A DNA stretch of 64,000 nt from Candidatus Saccharibacteria bacterium RIFCSPHIGHO2_12_FULL_47_16b (GCA_001790525.1 MGCU01000023.1:5659-69658); one strand, 5' to 3'; counted from the stretch's first letter, positions 1 through 10,260 are shown. Numbers and translations are program-made. The notes: a model not told the origin generated them from the sequence alone.

Positions 1-121
1 TGGTCGCCTCCTTAATTGGCTCCTTACTGCGGTTATGGGCAATGACTTGATGGTTGTCCTCGGCCAGCTTTTGGGTAATTTGGGTGCCCATTCGACCAAG
101 ACCAGCTATAGCTATCTTCAC
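1..121 (-). CDS. gnd: 6-phosphogluconate dehydrogenase, 5' part (runs off window)
   Basis: Hand translation from GTG 121: MKIAIAGLGRMGTQITQKLAEDNHQVIAHNRS, Rossmann GxGxMG; follows pgl-like gene. Confidence 0.75.
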   Translation of the reverse strand, partial: MKIAIAGLGRMGTQITQKLAEDNHQVIAHNRSKEPIKEAT

Positions 122-288
122 GACACGCCTCCTAGCGTCGGCTTAAATTCTAAGTTCGAATTTCTAATTTCTAAACAATTATCAAATTCTAAGCACCAAA
201 TTCTAAATATTTGGGAATTAGAACTTAGATATTCGGATTTGTTTAGGATTTCGATATTAGATATTAGAAATTGGAGTAATGTAATCAC
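118..288 (-). other. Bridge mini-ORF/heptamer palindrome 1 (pgl to gnd), 56 aa
   Basis: GTG overlaps pgl TGA; MITLLQFLISNIEILNKSEY...EFKPTLGGVS*; TGA overlaps gnd GTG. Confidence 0.75.
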
Positions 289-956
289 GACGGCTCCCCT
301 CTGTAATCATTATATATGGTTAGTTTTTTGGCTGTCTTTAAGACTTGGGCTGGTTGTTTGTTTGGAGGGATGTCTTCATCGACAATTTGATCAATCAGCG
401 ACCATTTCTCTCGGCCAACCATATAGACGACTGCTTCATCCAAGTTAGTAAGCGAGCCAAGGGTCATAGTTATGCGTTGGAAATCCGCGGCCTGATAGCC
501 AACTACCAACTCTTGTGAATCAATGCCGATACTGCCGGGCATAACACCCAGCGTGTGTCCATCGGCGCCAATGCCAATGCAGGCAATTTTAAAATCGCAG
601 CTGGCAAATTCTTGCTTTAAGTACGCCGCAAAATCGGCAGTGGTTGAAGCGAAATCCTTATTTTCTAAGACCGGACGAAACTTGGCGCCGCTTAAGCTGA
701 AACCGGCATTGACTAATTTCTGCCAGTTAGAATCTGGATGTCCAATCGGCCCAAAACGCTCATCGGTTAAGCTGACAGTTAAATTCTGGACGTTTTGGCT
801 TTGGAGTCTTTTGGCTGTCTCAATTTGAATCGGCGTCAAAGAACCACCAGATAGTAGCCATAAAACCTTTGCACCGGCCGTCAATCTTTTAGCAATGGCC
901 TCATTTAAATAATCGACGACTACTTCACTACTGCCAATCTTTTGGAAACTGATCAC
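285..956 (-). CDS. pgl: 6-phosphogluconolactonase / glucosamine-6P isomerase family
   Basis: LSGGS, DER, SN, GIGADGHT, RIT motifs. Confidence 0.8.
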   Translation of the reverse strand: MISFQKIGSSEVVVDYLNEAIAKRLTAGAKVLWLLSGGSLTPIQIETAKRLQSQNVQNLTVSLTDERFGPIGHPDSNWQKLVNAGFSLSGAKFRPVLENKDFASTTADFAAYLKQEFASCDFKIACIGIGADGHTLGVMPGSIGIDSQELVVGYQAADFQRITMTLGSLTNLDEAVVYMVGREKWSLIDQIVDEDIPPNKQPAQVLKTAKKLTIYNDYRGEPS

Positions 957-1036
957 TTGCCTCGATTATACAGAAGTCACGTATTCCATGTGCTTGCATT
1001 TGAGTGCAGCGCAAATCTTTTTAAGACTTATCATAT

Positions 1037-1135
1037 TTGGGTGCGGTACAAGGAAGAAGCGAGCAACGAACTGAGATGTATACAGATATACTTTGAAGGA
1101 GTAGCGTAGCTTCTGACGATGTAATGCGTCAAAGA
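1037..1135 (+). repeat. Class II ~100-bp hairpin repeat, copy 1
   Basis: Shares GTACAAGGAAGA...TGTAT-loop-ATAC...GAAGGAGTA...CTGACG..GTAATGCG with 20732-20833 (-). Confidence 0.7.
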
Positions 1136-1153
1136 TGTAAGTCGTCTGGAAAT

Positions 1154-1186
1154 GAAAAGGCGCCCTTGTTTAAGGGGCGTCTTTTC
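1154..1186. terminator. Hairpin terminator downstream of pyrE
   Basis: GAAAAGGCGCCCTT-GTTT-AAGGGGCGTCTTTTC. Confidence 0.55.
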
Positions 1187-1299
1187 TACAGTTTGGCTAC
1201 CGAAGTAGTTACGCTGTAGCCACCTCACGATGGCACATTACAATTTACGCCCAGTCGAAATAGCAGTCAATAACTTCTGCTGTGTATAAATGTTGTAGT

Positions 1300-1899
1300 T
1301 TATGCCTGGTTGTCAGCAAGAAACTTTTTAACCTTATCAAGTACCTTATGTGTAATAGCTTTTTCGGCCAGCAAAACATCAAGGGCTTCTCCCAAGGTAA
1401 AGACGGCATACAAGTTGTAGCCTCTTTCAGCCAGATTTTTTTTGGCTCCCTGCTCACGATCTAATAGAACTACAACGTCATTAACTTTCAATCCTTCTGA
1501 TTCAAACGGCTGAATAACCTCAAACTTGGAAGCGCCAGTCGTAACCATGTCATCTATCAAAACCACTGTTTCCCCAGGCTTATACTCTCCTTCGATTGGT
1601 TTCTTGATGCCGTGATCTTTGATCTCTTTGCGGGTGTAAATCCATGGTCGGTTGCTTACGAGCGATATGGCAGCCGTAATCGGCAGCGCGGTATATGGCA
1701 CAGCTCCCATCCTATCGAATTTCAATTTTGCCAAAATATCGCTATAGACCTTGGCTACTTTGCGCATAGTTGCCGGATAAGAAACTAGAACTCGTAAATC
1801 AATATAAATTGGTGAAACCAACCCGCTCTTAAGCGTGAACTGGCCAAACTTTATGACGCCGATGGAATTAAGCTCAATGATTAAATCTTTATGCTCCAT
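1300..1899 (-). CDS. pyrE: Orotate phosphoribosyltransferase
   Basis: [27 protein letters not shown] motif. Confidence 0.93.
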   Translation of the reverse strand: MEHKDLIIELNSIGVIKFGQFTLKSGLVSPIYIDLRVLVSYPATMRKVAKVYSDILAKLKFDRMGAVPYTALPITAAISLVSNRPWIYTRKEIKDHGIKKPIEGEYKPGETVVLIDDMVTTGASKFEVIQPFESEGLKVNDVVVLLDREQGAKKNLAERGYNLYAVFTLGEALDVLLAEKAITHKVLDKVKKFLADNQA

Positions 1900-2629
1900 T
1901 GATTACTCCCTTGATGTCATCAATAATTTTAGCGAAAGCGGTTGCCGGGTCGCTAGCTTGAGTGATCTCTCGGCCGATGACCAGTAAATCAGCACCGGCG
2001 GCAATTGTTTCGGCTGGCGTAGCGACCCTGGCCTGATCAACCGTTTGAACACGGGTCGAACGTGCGCCAGGGATCATGGTCAAGAGGTTCTTGGTCTTTT
2101 CGTTTTGTTTGATCATACTAACTTCCTGTGGTGAAGCGACAATGCCGGCTAAGCCGGCCGTCGCCGCTGACTGCGCCAGTTCCAATACTTTTTCTTTAGC
2201 CGTGGAGCCATAAATACGCTGACACTCTTCATCACTTAGAGATGTTAAAACAGTGACTCCAAATATCTTAACTTGCCCGGCTTTGGCTTGGGCTCCTAGC
2301 ATGGCTTGATGACCGGCTGTGGTGTGAATTGTAATAGCATATGGTGAGTGGGTCAGTTTAACTAAACTGGCCACGCTGGCTGAAGTTGTATTTGGAATAT
2401 CATCCAATTTGGCATCTGCCACCCAGTCTAATTGATGCTTTTTGGCTAGCTTGGCGCACCATTGCCAGCTCTTGGCCGTGGCTAGCTGTAAACCGAACTT
2501 GATATAGATTGCTCCTGCTGATTTGGCCAACTCGGCAAGTTTTTCAGCCTCTGCTGCATTGGCAGTATCAATCGCCAATATAATTCTATTGGCCACCTCG
2601 TGCTTACTTTGAAAAGTCGGCATTGTCAC
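1889..2629 (-). CDS. pyrF: Orotidine-5'-phosphate decarboxylase (ATG 2623 alternative start)
   Basis: [24 protein letters not shown]. Confidence 0.93.
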   Translation of the reverse strand: MTMPTFQSKHEVANRIILAIDTANAAEAEKLAELAKSAGAIYIKFGLQLATAKSWQWCAKLAKKHQLDWVADAKLDDIPNTTSASVASLVKLTHSPYAITIHTTAGHQAMLGAQAKAGQVKIFGVTVLTSLSDEECQRIYGSTAKEKVLELAQSAATAGLAGIVASPQEVSMIKQNEKTKNLLTMIPGARSTRVQTVDQARVATPAETIAAGADLLVIGREITQASDPATAFAKIIDDIKGVINGA

Positions 2630-2647
2630 TTAGTATAGTAAGAAGTT

Positions 2648-3745
2648 ATGGGAAAAACCACTACCGCGCTCAAAGCCTTCTACGATCCGACTAAGACCTA
2701 TGACGATAATTTCGATGATGGCCCAACCTTAGTTTCTTCCGACGATAAACCCTTTCAAAATCTTGGTGAACCAAAATTTACTTTCCTTGGCAAGAAGCTA
2801 TATTCACCTTTTGGTATTCCAGCTGGACCAATTCTGAACAGCAAATATGTCAAGTATGCTTTTGAGCGCGGCTTTGATGTGGTTACATACAAAACTCAAC
2901 GAAGTGTAGAATTTAACGTTAACCAATTTCCCAACGTCCTTTATGTTGATATAGATGGCGATCTAACTTTAGATAAAACCTCAAAACCGTTACTTGGCTC
3001 GACCAAAACGAATAAACCATCTAACAAATTTTCTATTACCAATTCATTCGGTAATCCCTCCCGTGGTCCGGCCTTTTGGGTAGCCGACACTAAAAAAGCC
3101 CACAGTTATCAAGGCAAGGGCCAACTGCTAGTGTCAAGCGCCGTCGGCACTATTAATGAAGGCTTCACTAACGAAGATTATTATGAAGATTTTGCGCTGA
3201 CAGCTGGACTAGCTAAATCATCTGGCGTTGAAGCCATCGAAATTAACCTGTCCTGCCCCAACGTTGCCAATGAAGGAATTTTGTGCTACACGCAGAAGGC
3301 TGTGGTTGACATTGTCCGCCGGGTCAAAGACCGAATTGGCAATAAGCCATTAATTGTCAAAGTTGGCTATTACACGCCCGAGCAGCAGTCATTATTAGAG
3401 AATATTATGAAGGAAATAGCTCCTTACATTGCTGCCATCTCGGCAATCAATACTATCCCCGCTCCGGTTGTAGATAAAAATGGTAAACAAGCTCTACCCG
3501 GTCCAAACCGCTTAGTCAGCGGCATTTGCGGGGTGGCTATTAAATGGGCTGGACTGGATATGGTCAAACGTTTGAATGAACTTCGCCGTAAAACAAAAGC
3601 AGAGTTCGAGATTGTCGGCGTTGGTGGTGTAATGACTCCGGACGATTTTTGGCAGTACCGTAGAGCTGGTGCGGATAACGTTCAGTCGGCCACTGGCGCC
3701 ATGTGGAATCCAAAGCTGGCAGCCAAGATAAAAGCTACACTTTAG
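2648..3745 (+). CDS. pyrD: Dihydroorotate dehydrogenase-like flavoprotein
   Basis: NSFG, EINLSCPN, INT, GVGGV motifs; divergent from pyrF. Confidence 0.75.
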   Translation: MGKTTTALKAFYDPTKTYDDNFDDGPTLVSSDDKPFQNLGEPKFTFLGKKLYSPFGIPAGPILNSKYVKYAFERGFDVVTYKTQRSVEFNVNQFPNVLYVDIDGDLTLDKTSKPLLGSTKTNKPSNKFSITNSFGNPSRGPAFWVADTKKAHSYQGKGQLLVSSAVGTINEGFTNEDYYEDFALTAGLAKSSGVEAIEINLSCPNVANEGILCYTQKAVVDIVRRVKDRIGNKPLIVKVGYYTPEQQSLLENIMKEIAPYIAAISAINTIPAPVVDKNGKQALPGPNRLVSGICGVAIKWAGLDMVKRLNELRRKTKAEFEIVGVGGVMTPDDFWQYRRAGADNVQSATGAMWNPKLAAKIKATL

Positions 3746-3790
3746 AAAAATTGTTGTTTGATAAAAATCAAACTGTTACACTACTGCTAG

Positions 3791-4777
3791 ATGGGAGCAT
3801 CATCAGCCTTAACTATACCTGCTCATAAAAAGGAGCTGCACATAATAAGTGGCTCTAGCCATCGTGAATTGGCCGGAATGGTCGCCAAGAAACTCGGTAC
3901 TGAATTAAGTCAGGTTGAACTTACCCACTTTGCCAACGGCGAAATCATGTGCAAACTAGAAGAGTCGGTCCGCGGGGCCGACGTTTTTGTTTTTCAAAGC
4001 CATTTTAATCCGGTTAATGATGCCATCATTGAGCAAGCGATTATTATCGATGCCTGCAAACGGGCCTCAGCGGCTCGCATTACGGCCGTTTGTCCACTAT
4101 TTGGCTATGCTCGGCAAGACCGTAAATCTTCGGGACGCGAACCGATTGCCGCTAGATTGATGATTGATATATTAGCCACAGCCGGCGCCAACCGCATCGT
4201 TAGTCTTAATTTACATAGCGGCCAAATCCAAGGTTTTTTCAGCGGACCGTTTGATCACTTGACTGCACTACCGGCCCTAGCCGAACATCTAAAATCAAAG
4301 TTTGGTACCGATTTTGTCATCGTCTCGCCTGACACAGGCAGGGTTAAAATGGCCGAACGCTATGCTACCTATCTTGGAACTGATTTAGCAATTGTCCATA
4401 AACGCCGGGTTGGTAAAAACGTGGCAGAGGCACTAGATGTAATTGGCGATGTTAAAGGTAAGAACTGTGTGATTATTGATGACATGATTGATACGGCCGG
4501 GACGATGTGTGCCGCTGCTGAACAGCTTAAAAAACACGGTGCCGCCAAAATTTCGGCTGTTTCGTCTCATGGGCTATTTTCGCCGCCAGCTAAAGAAAGG
4601 CTAGATAATTCGCCGATTAACTTTATTATCGTAACCGACACTGTTCCGCAGACACTTAAATTCAAGAATGCCAAGCTGGAAGTCGTGACTGTATCAGATT
4701 TATTAGCCTCGGCCGTTAAAGCCATCTTTGAGGATAGTTCGGTTTCTGCCATCTTCGGCGGCCTTAACCAGATATAG
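3791..4777 (+). CDS. prs: Ribose-phosphate pyrophosphokinase
   Basis: YARQDRK, VSPDTG, IIDDMIDTAGT. Confidence 0.95.
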   Translation: MGASSALTIPAHKKELHIISGSSHRELAGMVAKKLGTELSQVELTHFANGEIMCKLEESVRGADVFVFQSHFNPVNDAIIEQAIIIDACKRASAARITAVCPLFGYARQDRKSSGREPIAARLMIDILATAGANRIVSLNLHSGQIQGFFSGPFDHLTALPALAEHLKSKFGTDFVIVSPDTGRVKMAERYATYLGTDLAIVHKRRVGKNVAEALDVIGDVKGKNCVIIDDMIDTAGTMCAAAEQLKKHGAAKISAVSSHGLFSPPAKERLDNSPINFIIVTDTVPQTLKFKNAKLEVVTVSDLLASAVKAIFEDSSVSAIFGGLNQI

Positions 4778-4890
4778 AAATTGAAGGACAACCTGCGGTT
4801 TTCCTTCAACGCGCCTTTTGGAATGAATTCAAATTCGGCTAATGCCGAACCGGCGCTACTACCTTTCCCTTTTTAAGCTACACTAGGAAT

Positions 4891-5271
4891 ATGAAGTTAC
4901 CGACAAAGATTGGCGGGATGACTGCTCGGTTTGATGGTCGGGGGCGCAGCCTTGGCTATCCAACGGCCAATCTTAGGAAAACAAATGTTTCGGTCGACGA
5001 TGGCGTTTATTTTGGTTTTGCCACGCTTGGCAAATTTAAAAGTGAACCAGCTCTAATTTTTATTGGTGCGCCGGAAACTTTTGGTAAAAACGAACGTCGA
5101 GTCGAAACCTATCTTTTGGATATACCGGATGAGGATCATTATGACCAAAAATTAATGTTAAGTTTGGAAAAGTTCTGGCGGCCGTCTAAAAAATTTACAT
5201 CAATCAACGAATTAAAACACGCTATGCGCGACGATGAACTGGCCGCGCGCAAGTGGTTTGTCAATCACTGA
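4891..5271 (+). CDS. Stand-alone riboflavin kinase domain
   Basis: GRSLGYPTANL and VETYLLD motifs of the RibF C-terminal domain. Confidence 0.85.
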   Translation: MKLPTKIGGMTARFDGRGRSLGYPTANLRKTNVSVDDGVYFGFATLGKFKSEPALIFIGAPETFGKNERRVETYLLDIPDEDHYDQKLMLSLEKFWRPSKKFTSINELKHAMRDDELAARKWFVNH

Positions 5272-5430
5272 TGGCTGGGGAGGAGGGATTTTCGACCCAC
5301 AAATATTTTTCCTGACGGAAAAATTTCGCGGGCCCACCTCGCCGCCGTTGCGGCTGCGGTTTCCGGACTGCCACTGGCAGTTCTCACCCCGAATGCCGGG
5401 ACACCAGCACTAAAAATTATTCTATTTATT

Positions 5431-5504
5431 TGGCTTCGGGACTTGGACTCGAACCAAGATTGCTGGGACCAAAACCCAGTGTCCTACCATTAGACGATCC
5501 CGAA
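5431..5504 (-). tRNA. tRNA-Gln(TTG), intact, nested in the outer tRNA
   Basis: TTCGGGA/TCCCGAA acceptor, CTGGG-TTTTGGT-CCCAG anticodon arm, TTCGAGT T-loop, CCA. Confidence 0.93.
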
Positions 5505-5541
5505 TTATTTTAATGCTGGGCAAGCAAAACCCTGTGCCTTA

Positions 5542-5613
5542 TTTTACCCCGCTTATTTTCGTGAGTAGAATAGTCTGCAACCAGATTATGGAACTTCTAA
5601 AAAATGTGCGGGG
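5542..5613 (+). mobile_element. 72-bp hairpin insertion element, copy 1 (D-loop of outer tRNA)
   Basis: Core TAGTCTGCAAYCAGATTATG and CCCCGC/GCGGGG ends shared with 43045-43116 and 44136-44207. Confidence 0.75.
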
Positions 5614-5710
5614 CCGCTTGGCTACTCCCCACCGAAGCTTTGTTATTGTAACACCTTTAACGGTTAAGTTTTACAGATGAATCTAAAGTAATTATAATTT
5701 GTTGATAGGA

Positions 5711-6652
5711 ATGACAAAAGCCGAGAAAAAACCGGCTGATTATATTCAGCCGCTATATATCAATGGACTTCATGGCCGCCTGCTTCGCTTGCCACCACCC
5801 AAAGGCAAGAAGCGGGAGATTATGTATATTTACGGTCATCACTCCAGCATTGAGCGTAACTTTGGCTTGGCTTTATATTTGAACCGTTATGGCGGTGTGA
5901 CGGCGCCAGATCTACCCGGTTTTGGCGGTATGGATCCTTTTTATAAGATCGGTGAAAAGCCGACGCTTGATAACCTGGCGGATTATTTAGCCAGTGTGAT
6001 TAAGCTACGCTACCGTGGCCAGCGATTTAGCCTAACGGGCTTGAGTCTCGGCTTTACTATCATTACCAGGATGTTGCAAAAATATCCTCAAATTGCCAAA
6101 CAGATAGATTACTTGGTTAGTTTTGCTGGCTTTGCTCACAAGGACGATTTCAAGTACAAGCCCCGCACTTATTGGTTCTTCCGCGGTCTAACTTGGCTAT
6201 GCTCGCATCGTCTACCGGCAGCGTTTGTAAAATACTTTATCTTGCGCGGGCCGCTGATTCGTTTGGCCTACGCCGTTCTTGAACCACTATTTGTCAAAGA
6301 AACCAACACCAAAGTACGTGGTGTTGATGAGATGGAGCGAAAAAAACGAATCGATTTTGAGGTTTATCTTTGGAAGTGCAATGACCCGCGGACTTATATA
6401 TCTGTTGCGCACACTATGTTGATGTTAGATCTGTCTGGCCAGCATATTGATAAAAAGGTTTACCATGAGGCAATCGACACCGATAGATATTTTGATAATG
6501 TCAGGGTCGAACAGCATATGCGAGCTATCTATAAGGACTTTCACTTGGTTAAAGCCGGGATGCCGGCTCATGCGCCGTCGATAATCGCTACCGCCGAAGA
6601 GGCAGCACCATTCGTTCCATCACATATAAGACGGTTGTTAAGCAAGGATTAA
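5711..6652 (+). CDS. Alpha/beta hydrolase
   Basis: PDLPGFG, GLSLG nucleophile elbow, C-terminal His; ATG 5711 after TATAAT. Confidence 0.8.
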   Translation: MTKAEKKPADYIQPLYINGLHGRLLRLPPPKGKKREIMYIYGHHSSIERNFGLALYLNRYGGVTAPDLPGFGGMDPFYKIGEKPTLDNLADYLASVIKLRYRGQRFSLTGLSLGFTIITRMLQKYPQIAKQIDYLVSFAGFAHKDDFKYKPRTYWFFRGLTWLCSHRLPAAFVKYFILRGPLIRLAYAVLEPLFVKETNTKVRGVDEMERKKRIDFEVYLWKCNDPRTYISVAHTMLMLDLSGQHIDKKVYHEAIDTDRYFDNVRVEQHMRAIYKDFHLVKAGMPAHAPSIIATAEEAAPFVPSHIRRLLSKD

Positions 6653-6664
6653 AGTATACTAGAC

Positions 6665-6835
6665 ATGAACAGGTTCATGCATTTACAATTTACCATTTAC
6701 CATTTATCATTAATTTCCCATTTGTCATTTACCAAACAAACTGCAACTGATATCTGTAAATTGCTAAATGATAAATCATTGAGAATTGAAAAATGTGAAT
6801 TGATAATTGCGCCGACACAAGGAGGCGCGGTGTGA
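6665..6835 (+). other. Bridge mini-ORF 2 (before GT4), 56 aa
   Basis: MNRFMHLQFTIYHLSLISHLSFTKQ...CELIIAPTQGGAV*; ATG 4 nt after TATACT; TGA overlaps GT4 GTG. Confidence 0.75.
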
Positions 6836-8079
6836 AGATCGGGTTGGTCTGTCCCTATAATATGTTCGATAGAACTGGCGGTGTCCAACAGGTTGTCCAG
6901 CACCTCCACGATGGTCTGACCAAAAAAGGTCACATCGTCAAAATTATTACCCCAAAGCCACCGGGCTTTAAAAATGAGGCGCCAGATGACTACATTATTT
7001 TAGGCTCAACCACCAATTTTACAGCCGGTTTTGGTGCCGCCGGCAACTGGGGCTTGCCTACCGATAGTAAGGAAATGGCCCAAATTTTAAAAAAAGAAAA
7101 ATTCGACGTTATTAACTTCCATGAACCCTGGGCACCGTTACTGGCCTGGCAAATGATCAGACAAACTAAAGCGGCCTTTGTGGGCACCTTTCATGCCAAC
7201 TTATTCGATAGGCCGTCAACCTCTTCCTGGGTTAATGTGTTTACACCTTACGCTCGGAATTTGGGCAAGCGTTTGCACGTTATAACCGCTGTCTCACCGG
7301 CGCCAGCTGCCCTAATGATTCAAAAAGCTCAAACTAGTTTTGAGAAAAGAATGGTTGCCGATATTAAGTACATTCCTAACGGTGTTGACCTTAATATTTA
7401 TAAACCATTCAAAAAACGCCTGCCGCTTAACGGCCCAGACACTAAAACTGTTCTTTATGTTGGCCGGCTAGACAGGCGAAAAAATGTTGAAGCTTTAATA
7501 AGAGCCTTTGCTTTAGTTGAGGCTAAAATGCCCAAGGCCTACTTAAATATCGCTGGTGAAGGTTCCAGGCGCGGTAGTCTGGATCAACTGGCTAAAACTT
7601 TAGGCATTAAAAACATTCATTTTAGCGGTTATGTTAACGAAGACGAAAAGCGACGTTTAATGGGTAATGCTGACGTTTTTTGTAGCCCCGCGATCGTTGG
7701 TGAAAGTTTTGGCATAGTCTTGATTGAAGCCATGGCAATGGGTTGTCCGGTAGTGGCTGGTAGAAATTCCGGCTACATTCATGTTTTGACCAATACCGGT
7801 AGAGTCGGCCTAGTTGATCCTAAAGCGACCGAGGACTTTGCCGAACGTTTGATGGTTATAATAAGCGACGGCAAACTAAGTAGTACGCTTCGGGCCTGGG
7901 GCTTAGCCGAAGTTAAAAAGTTTGATTACACCAAAATAATTGATCAATATGAAAAGACCTATATGGAGGCTTATATCAAGTGGCGGATAGAGCAGCATCT
8001 TAACGGTGTTAATAGCAAGAATGCAAAGAAATTCTGGAAAACTAAGCGTCGCTTTCCTTTACGACGATTCTTTAGATAG
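6832..8079 (+). CDS. Glycosyltransferase family 4 (PimA-like)
   Basis: MKIGLVCPY, GGVQ, HEP, ESFGIVLIEAMA. Confidence 0.9.
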   Translation: MKIGLVCPYNMFDRTGGVQQVVQHLHDGLTKKGHIVKIITPKPPGFKNEAPDDYIILGSTTNFTAGFGAAGNWGLPTDSKEMAQILKKEKFDVINFHEPWAPLLAWQMIRQTKAAFVGTFHANLFDRPSTSSWVNVFTPYARNLGKRLHVITAVSPAPAALMIQKAQTSFEKRMVADIKYIPNGVDLNIYKPFKKRLPLNGPDTKTVLYVGRLDRRKNVEALIRAFALVEAKMPKAYLNIAGEGSRRGSLDQLAKTLGIKNIHFSGYVNEDEKRRLMGNADVFCSPAIVGESFGIVLIEAMAMGCPVVAGRNSGYIHVLTNTGRVGLVDPKATEDFAERLMVIISDGKLSSTLRAWGLAEVKKFDYTKIIDQYEKTYMEAYIKWRIEQHLNGVNSKNAKKFWKTKRRFPLRRFFR

Positions 8080-9184
8080 GCCCGATGGCGTCTCACAATA
8101 CGTCAGGACGTTGGGGGCTTGGCTAGCTAAAGGCGGCCATAAAGTTACCTATTTAGTCGGTCAATCAAAACTGCCATCATACGCTGGCGGCAAGGTCTAT
8201 TCCTTAAGCAAAAATCTACCCGTTAGTTGGGGCGGTAGTCGCTTATCAATTTCAGTTTTTCCAAAATTGAAGGCCATAAAAAAAATTCTCGATCAAGAAG
8301 ATTTTGATGTAATTCATGTCCAATTTCCTTACTCGCCTTTTATGGCAAAGTTGGTAATTAATGCTGCCAAACCGCAAACGGCAATTGTCGGCACGGTTCA
8401 TATATATCCTGCCAACCGACTGGCAGTGGATGGCTCGCGAGCCTTAAAGATAATTTATGGCAAAAGTCTTAAGCGGATTGATAAAGTAATTAGCGTTAGC
8501 CGGGCTGCAGCCAACTATGCTGATGATGTTTTCAAGCTGCAGACTGATATTTTACCGAACGTGGTTGATCTAGCAAAATATCAATCCACCGCAATGGTCA
8601 GCCAACAACAATCTAAACACATTGTTTTTTTAGGCAGGCTGGTTAAACGTAAAGGCTGCCAACAGCTACTAGAGGCCTTTCGATTACTTTTGAAAAAAGA
8701 TGCCGATGTGCACTTGAGCATTGGCGGCCAGGGTCCGTTGCGAACTAAACTCGAGCGCTACGCTAAAAACTATGGTCTTGAAAACAATGTTAAATTCTTG
8801 GGTTTTGTGCCTGAAGAAGCTAAGCCGTCTCTACTGGCTAGTGCGGCCATTGCCTGCTTCCCTTCTCTTTATGGCGAATGTTTCGGGATTGTCTTAATTG
8901 AGGCCATGGCGGCTGGTAGCGGCGTAGTTATCGGCGGTGATAATGAAGGCTATCGCAGCGTGCTTGGAAGCCGACCGAGCCTGTTAGTCAATCCTAGGGA
9001 ACCTCAAGACTTTGCCGACAGATTGTATCAGCTATTAAACAATAGCGCTTTAGCCAAAAAACTACATCAGTGGCAACAAGCAGAAATTAATCAATACGAC
9101 GTTGCAGTAGTTGGTCCAAAGCTAGTGGAACTTTATAAAGAGACAATTGCCAAGCGCCGCTCAAGCATGCATAATTTAGGTTAA
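8021..9184 (+). CDS. Glycosyltransferase family 4
   Basis: DGVSQY, GRLVKRKG, ECFGIVLIEAMA; ATG 8021 chosen as start. Confidence 0.88.
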   Translation: MQRNSGKLSVAFLYDDSLDRPDGVSQYVRTLGAWLAKGGHKVTYLVGQSKLPSYAGGKVYSLSKNLPVSWGGSRLSISVFPKLKAIKKILDQEDFDVIHVQFPYSPFMAKLVINAAKPQTAIVGTVHIYPANRLAVDGSRALKIIYGKSLKRIDKVISVSRAAANYADDVFKLQTDILPNVVDLAKYQSTAMVSQQQSKHIVFLGRLVKRKGCQQLLEAFRLLLKKDADVHLSIGGQGPLRTKLERYAKNYGLENNVKFLGFVPEEAKPSLLASAAIACFPSLYGECFGIVLIEAMAAGSGVVIGGDNEGYRSVLGSRPSLLVNPREPQDFADRLYQLLNNSALAKKLHQWQQAEINQYDVAVVGPKLVELYKETIAKRRSSMHNLG

Positions 9185-10260
9185 TGGAGAGACCGAGAAA
9201 GATAACGGTCGCGGTGACTAACCGGACAATGGTCCGAGCCATCTTCTGGCTGGCTGTCGCCGTGCTTGGTTATAAATTTATCGGCATGGTTTCTCATGTA
9301 CTGACTTTAATCGCCGCGGCTGTCTTTGTGGCTCTAGCGCTTAATCCGGTAGTCAGTGCCATTAGCCGACGCCTGAAAGTTCATAGTCGGATTCGGGCCA
9401 CTGCTTCAGCCTATTTACTGGTGGTGGCAGTTCTAACACTGTTCTTCGTATTAGTTATTCCGCCGCTAGTACAACAAACTCGGGATTTTATTAGAGATGT
9501 TCCGCAAAAAGTTCAGAATTTCCAAGATCAGGATAATAGTCTGTCTCGAGCGGTCAAGCGCTACGATTTAGACGAAAAGTTAAACCAAGCCGCTAAAGAC
9601 TTTGCCTCTAATTACGGTGGCTTTGGCTCCAAATTACTCGATACCGGCCGGCGGGTAGTTGAGGCGCTAGTTTCAGTATTAGTGGTTTTGGTTTTGGCCT
9701 TTATGATGCTAGTTGAGGGTCCGGCCTGGCTAGAAACTTACTTTAAGGTTTTGCCAGAAAGAAAGCGTGAGCATCACCGGCGCCTAGCTCATAAAATCTA
9801 CCGAGCGGTTACAGCCTTCGTCAACGGCCAGGTCATATTAGCTGCCGTGGCTGGTCTGTTTGCTTTTATCGCTCTAGAAATTGCTGGTCAGGTGCTGAAT
9901 ATACCGACTAACGCGGCGGCTTTAGCTGGTATTGTGGCGGTCTTTGGGATCATTCCATTATTTGGCAACCCGATTGCTGCCAGCGTTGTGGTACTGGTTA
10001 GCCTGCTAAATTCAGGGGCTCTAGCTGTCGTCATGGCTATTTACTTCATCGTCTACTTCTTTATTGAAAATCATACCTTCCAACCTTACATCCAATCTAA
10101 GTTAAGTGAACTAACCCCGCTAACGGTCTTTATAGCGGCTTTGATTGGTATTGGCTTTGGCGGAATTTTAGGTGCGATCGTGGCAATTCCGGCAGCTAGC
10201 ACCGTTAAGATCATAATCGAAGATTACGTCCGACGTCGCCGTCAAGTTGTTGGCAGTTAA
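9184..10260 (+). CDS. AI-2E family (PerM-like) transporter
   Basis: Multi-TM; LNPVV, IPLFG, IEN..QP, GILGAIVAIP. Confidence 0.85.
   Translation: MERPRKITVAVTNRTMVRAIFWLAVAVLGYKFIGMVSHVLTLIAAAVFVALALNPVVSAISRRLKVHSRIRATASAYLLVVAVLTLFFVLVIPPLVQQTRDFIRDVPQKVQNFQDQDNSLSRAVKRYDLDEKLNQAAKDFASNYGGFGSKLLDTGRRVVEALVSVLVVLVLAFMMLVEGPAWLETYFKVLPERKREHHRRLAHKIYRAVTAFVNGQVILAAVAGLFAFIALEIAGQVLNIPTNAAALAGIVAVFGIIPLFGNPIAASVVVLVSLLNSGALAVVMAIYFIVYFFIENHTFQPYIQSKLSELTPLTVFIAALIGIGFGGILGAIVAIPAASTVKIIIEDYVRRRRQVVGS

Larger units (their letters stand above)
5272..5631 (-). pseudogene. Outer tRNA-Gln(TTG) interrupted by three insertions (pseudogene or intron-containing tRNA)
   Basis: Segments 5614-5631, 5525-5541, ~5381-5402 and 5272-5290 reassemble to a tRNA-Gln cloverleaf with CCA; T-arm imperfect. 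Confidence 0.75.

Noticed and set aside
35-448. Plus-strand 137-aa ORF and other antisense ORFs over core genes (e.g. 18644-19063, 62787-63335)
   Set aside because: Shadow frames opposite well-supported genes, with no recognisable motifs.
1031-1228. 65-aa ORF between pyrE and pgl as a bridge
   Set aside because: It is about 70 nt from both neighbours and crosses a terminator-like hairpin, so it is not coupled.
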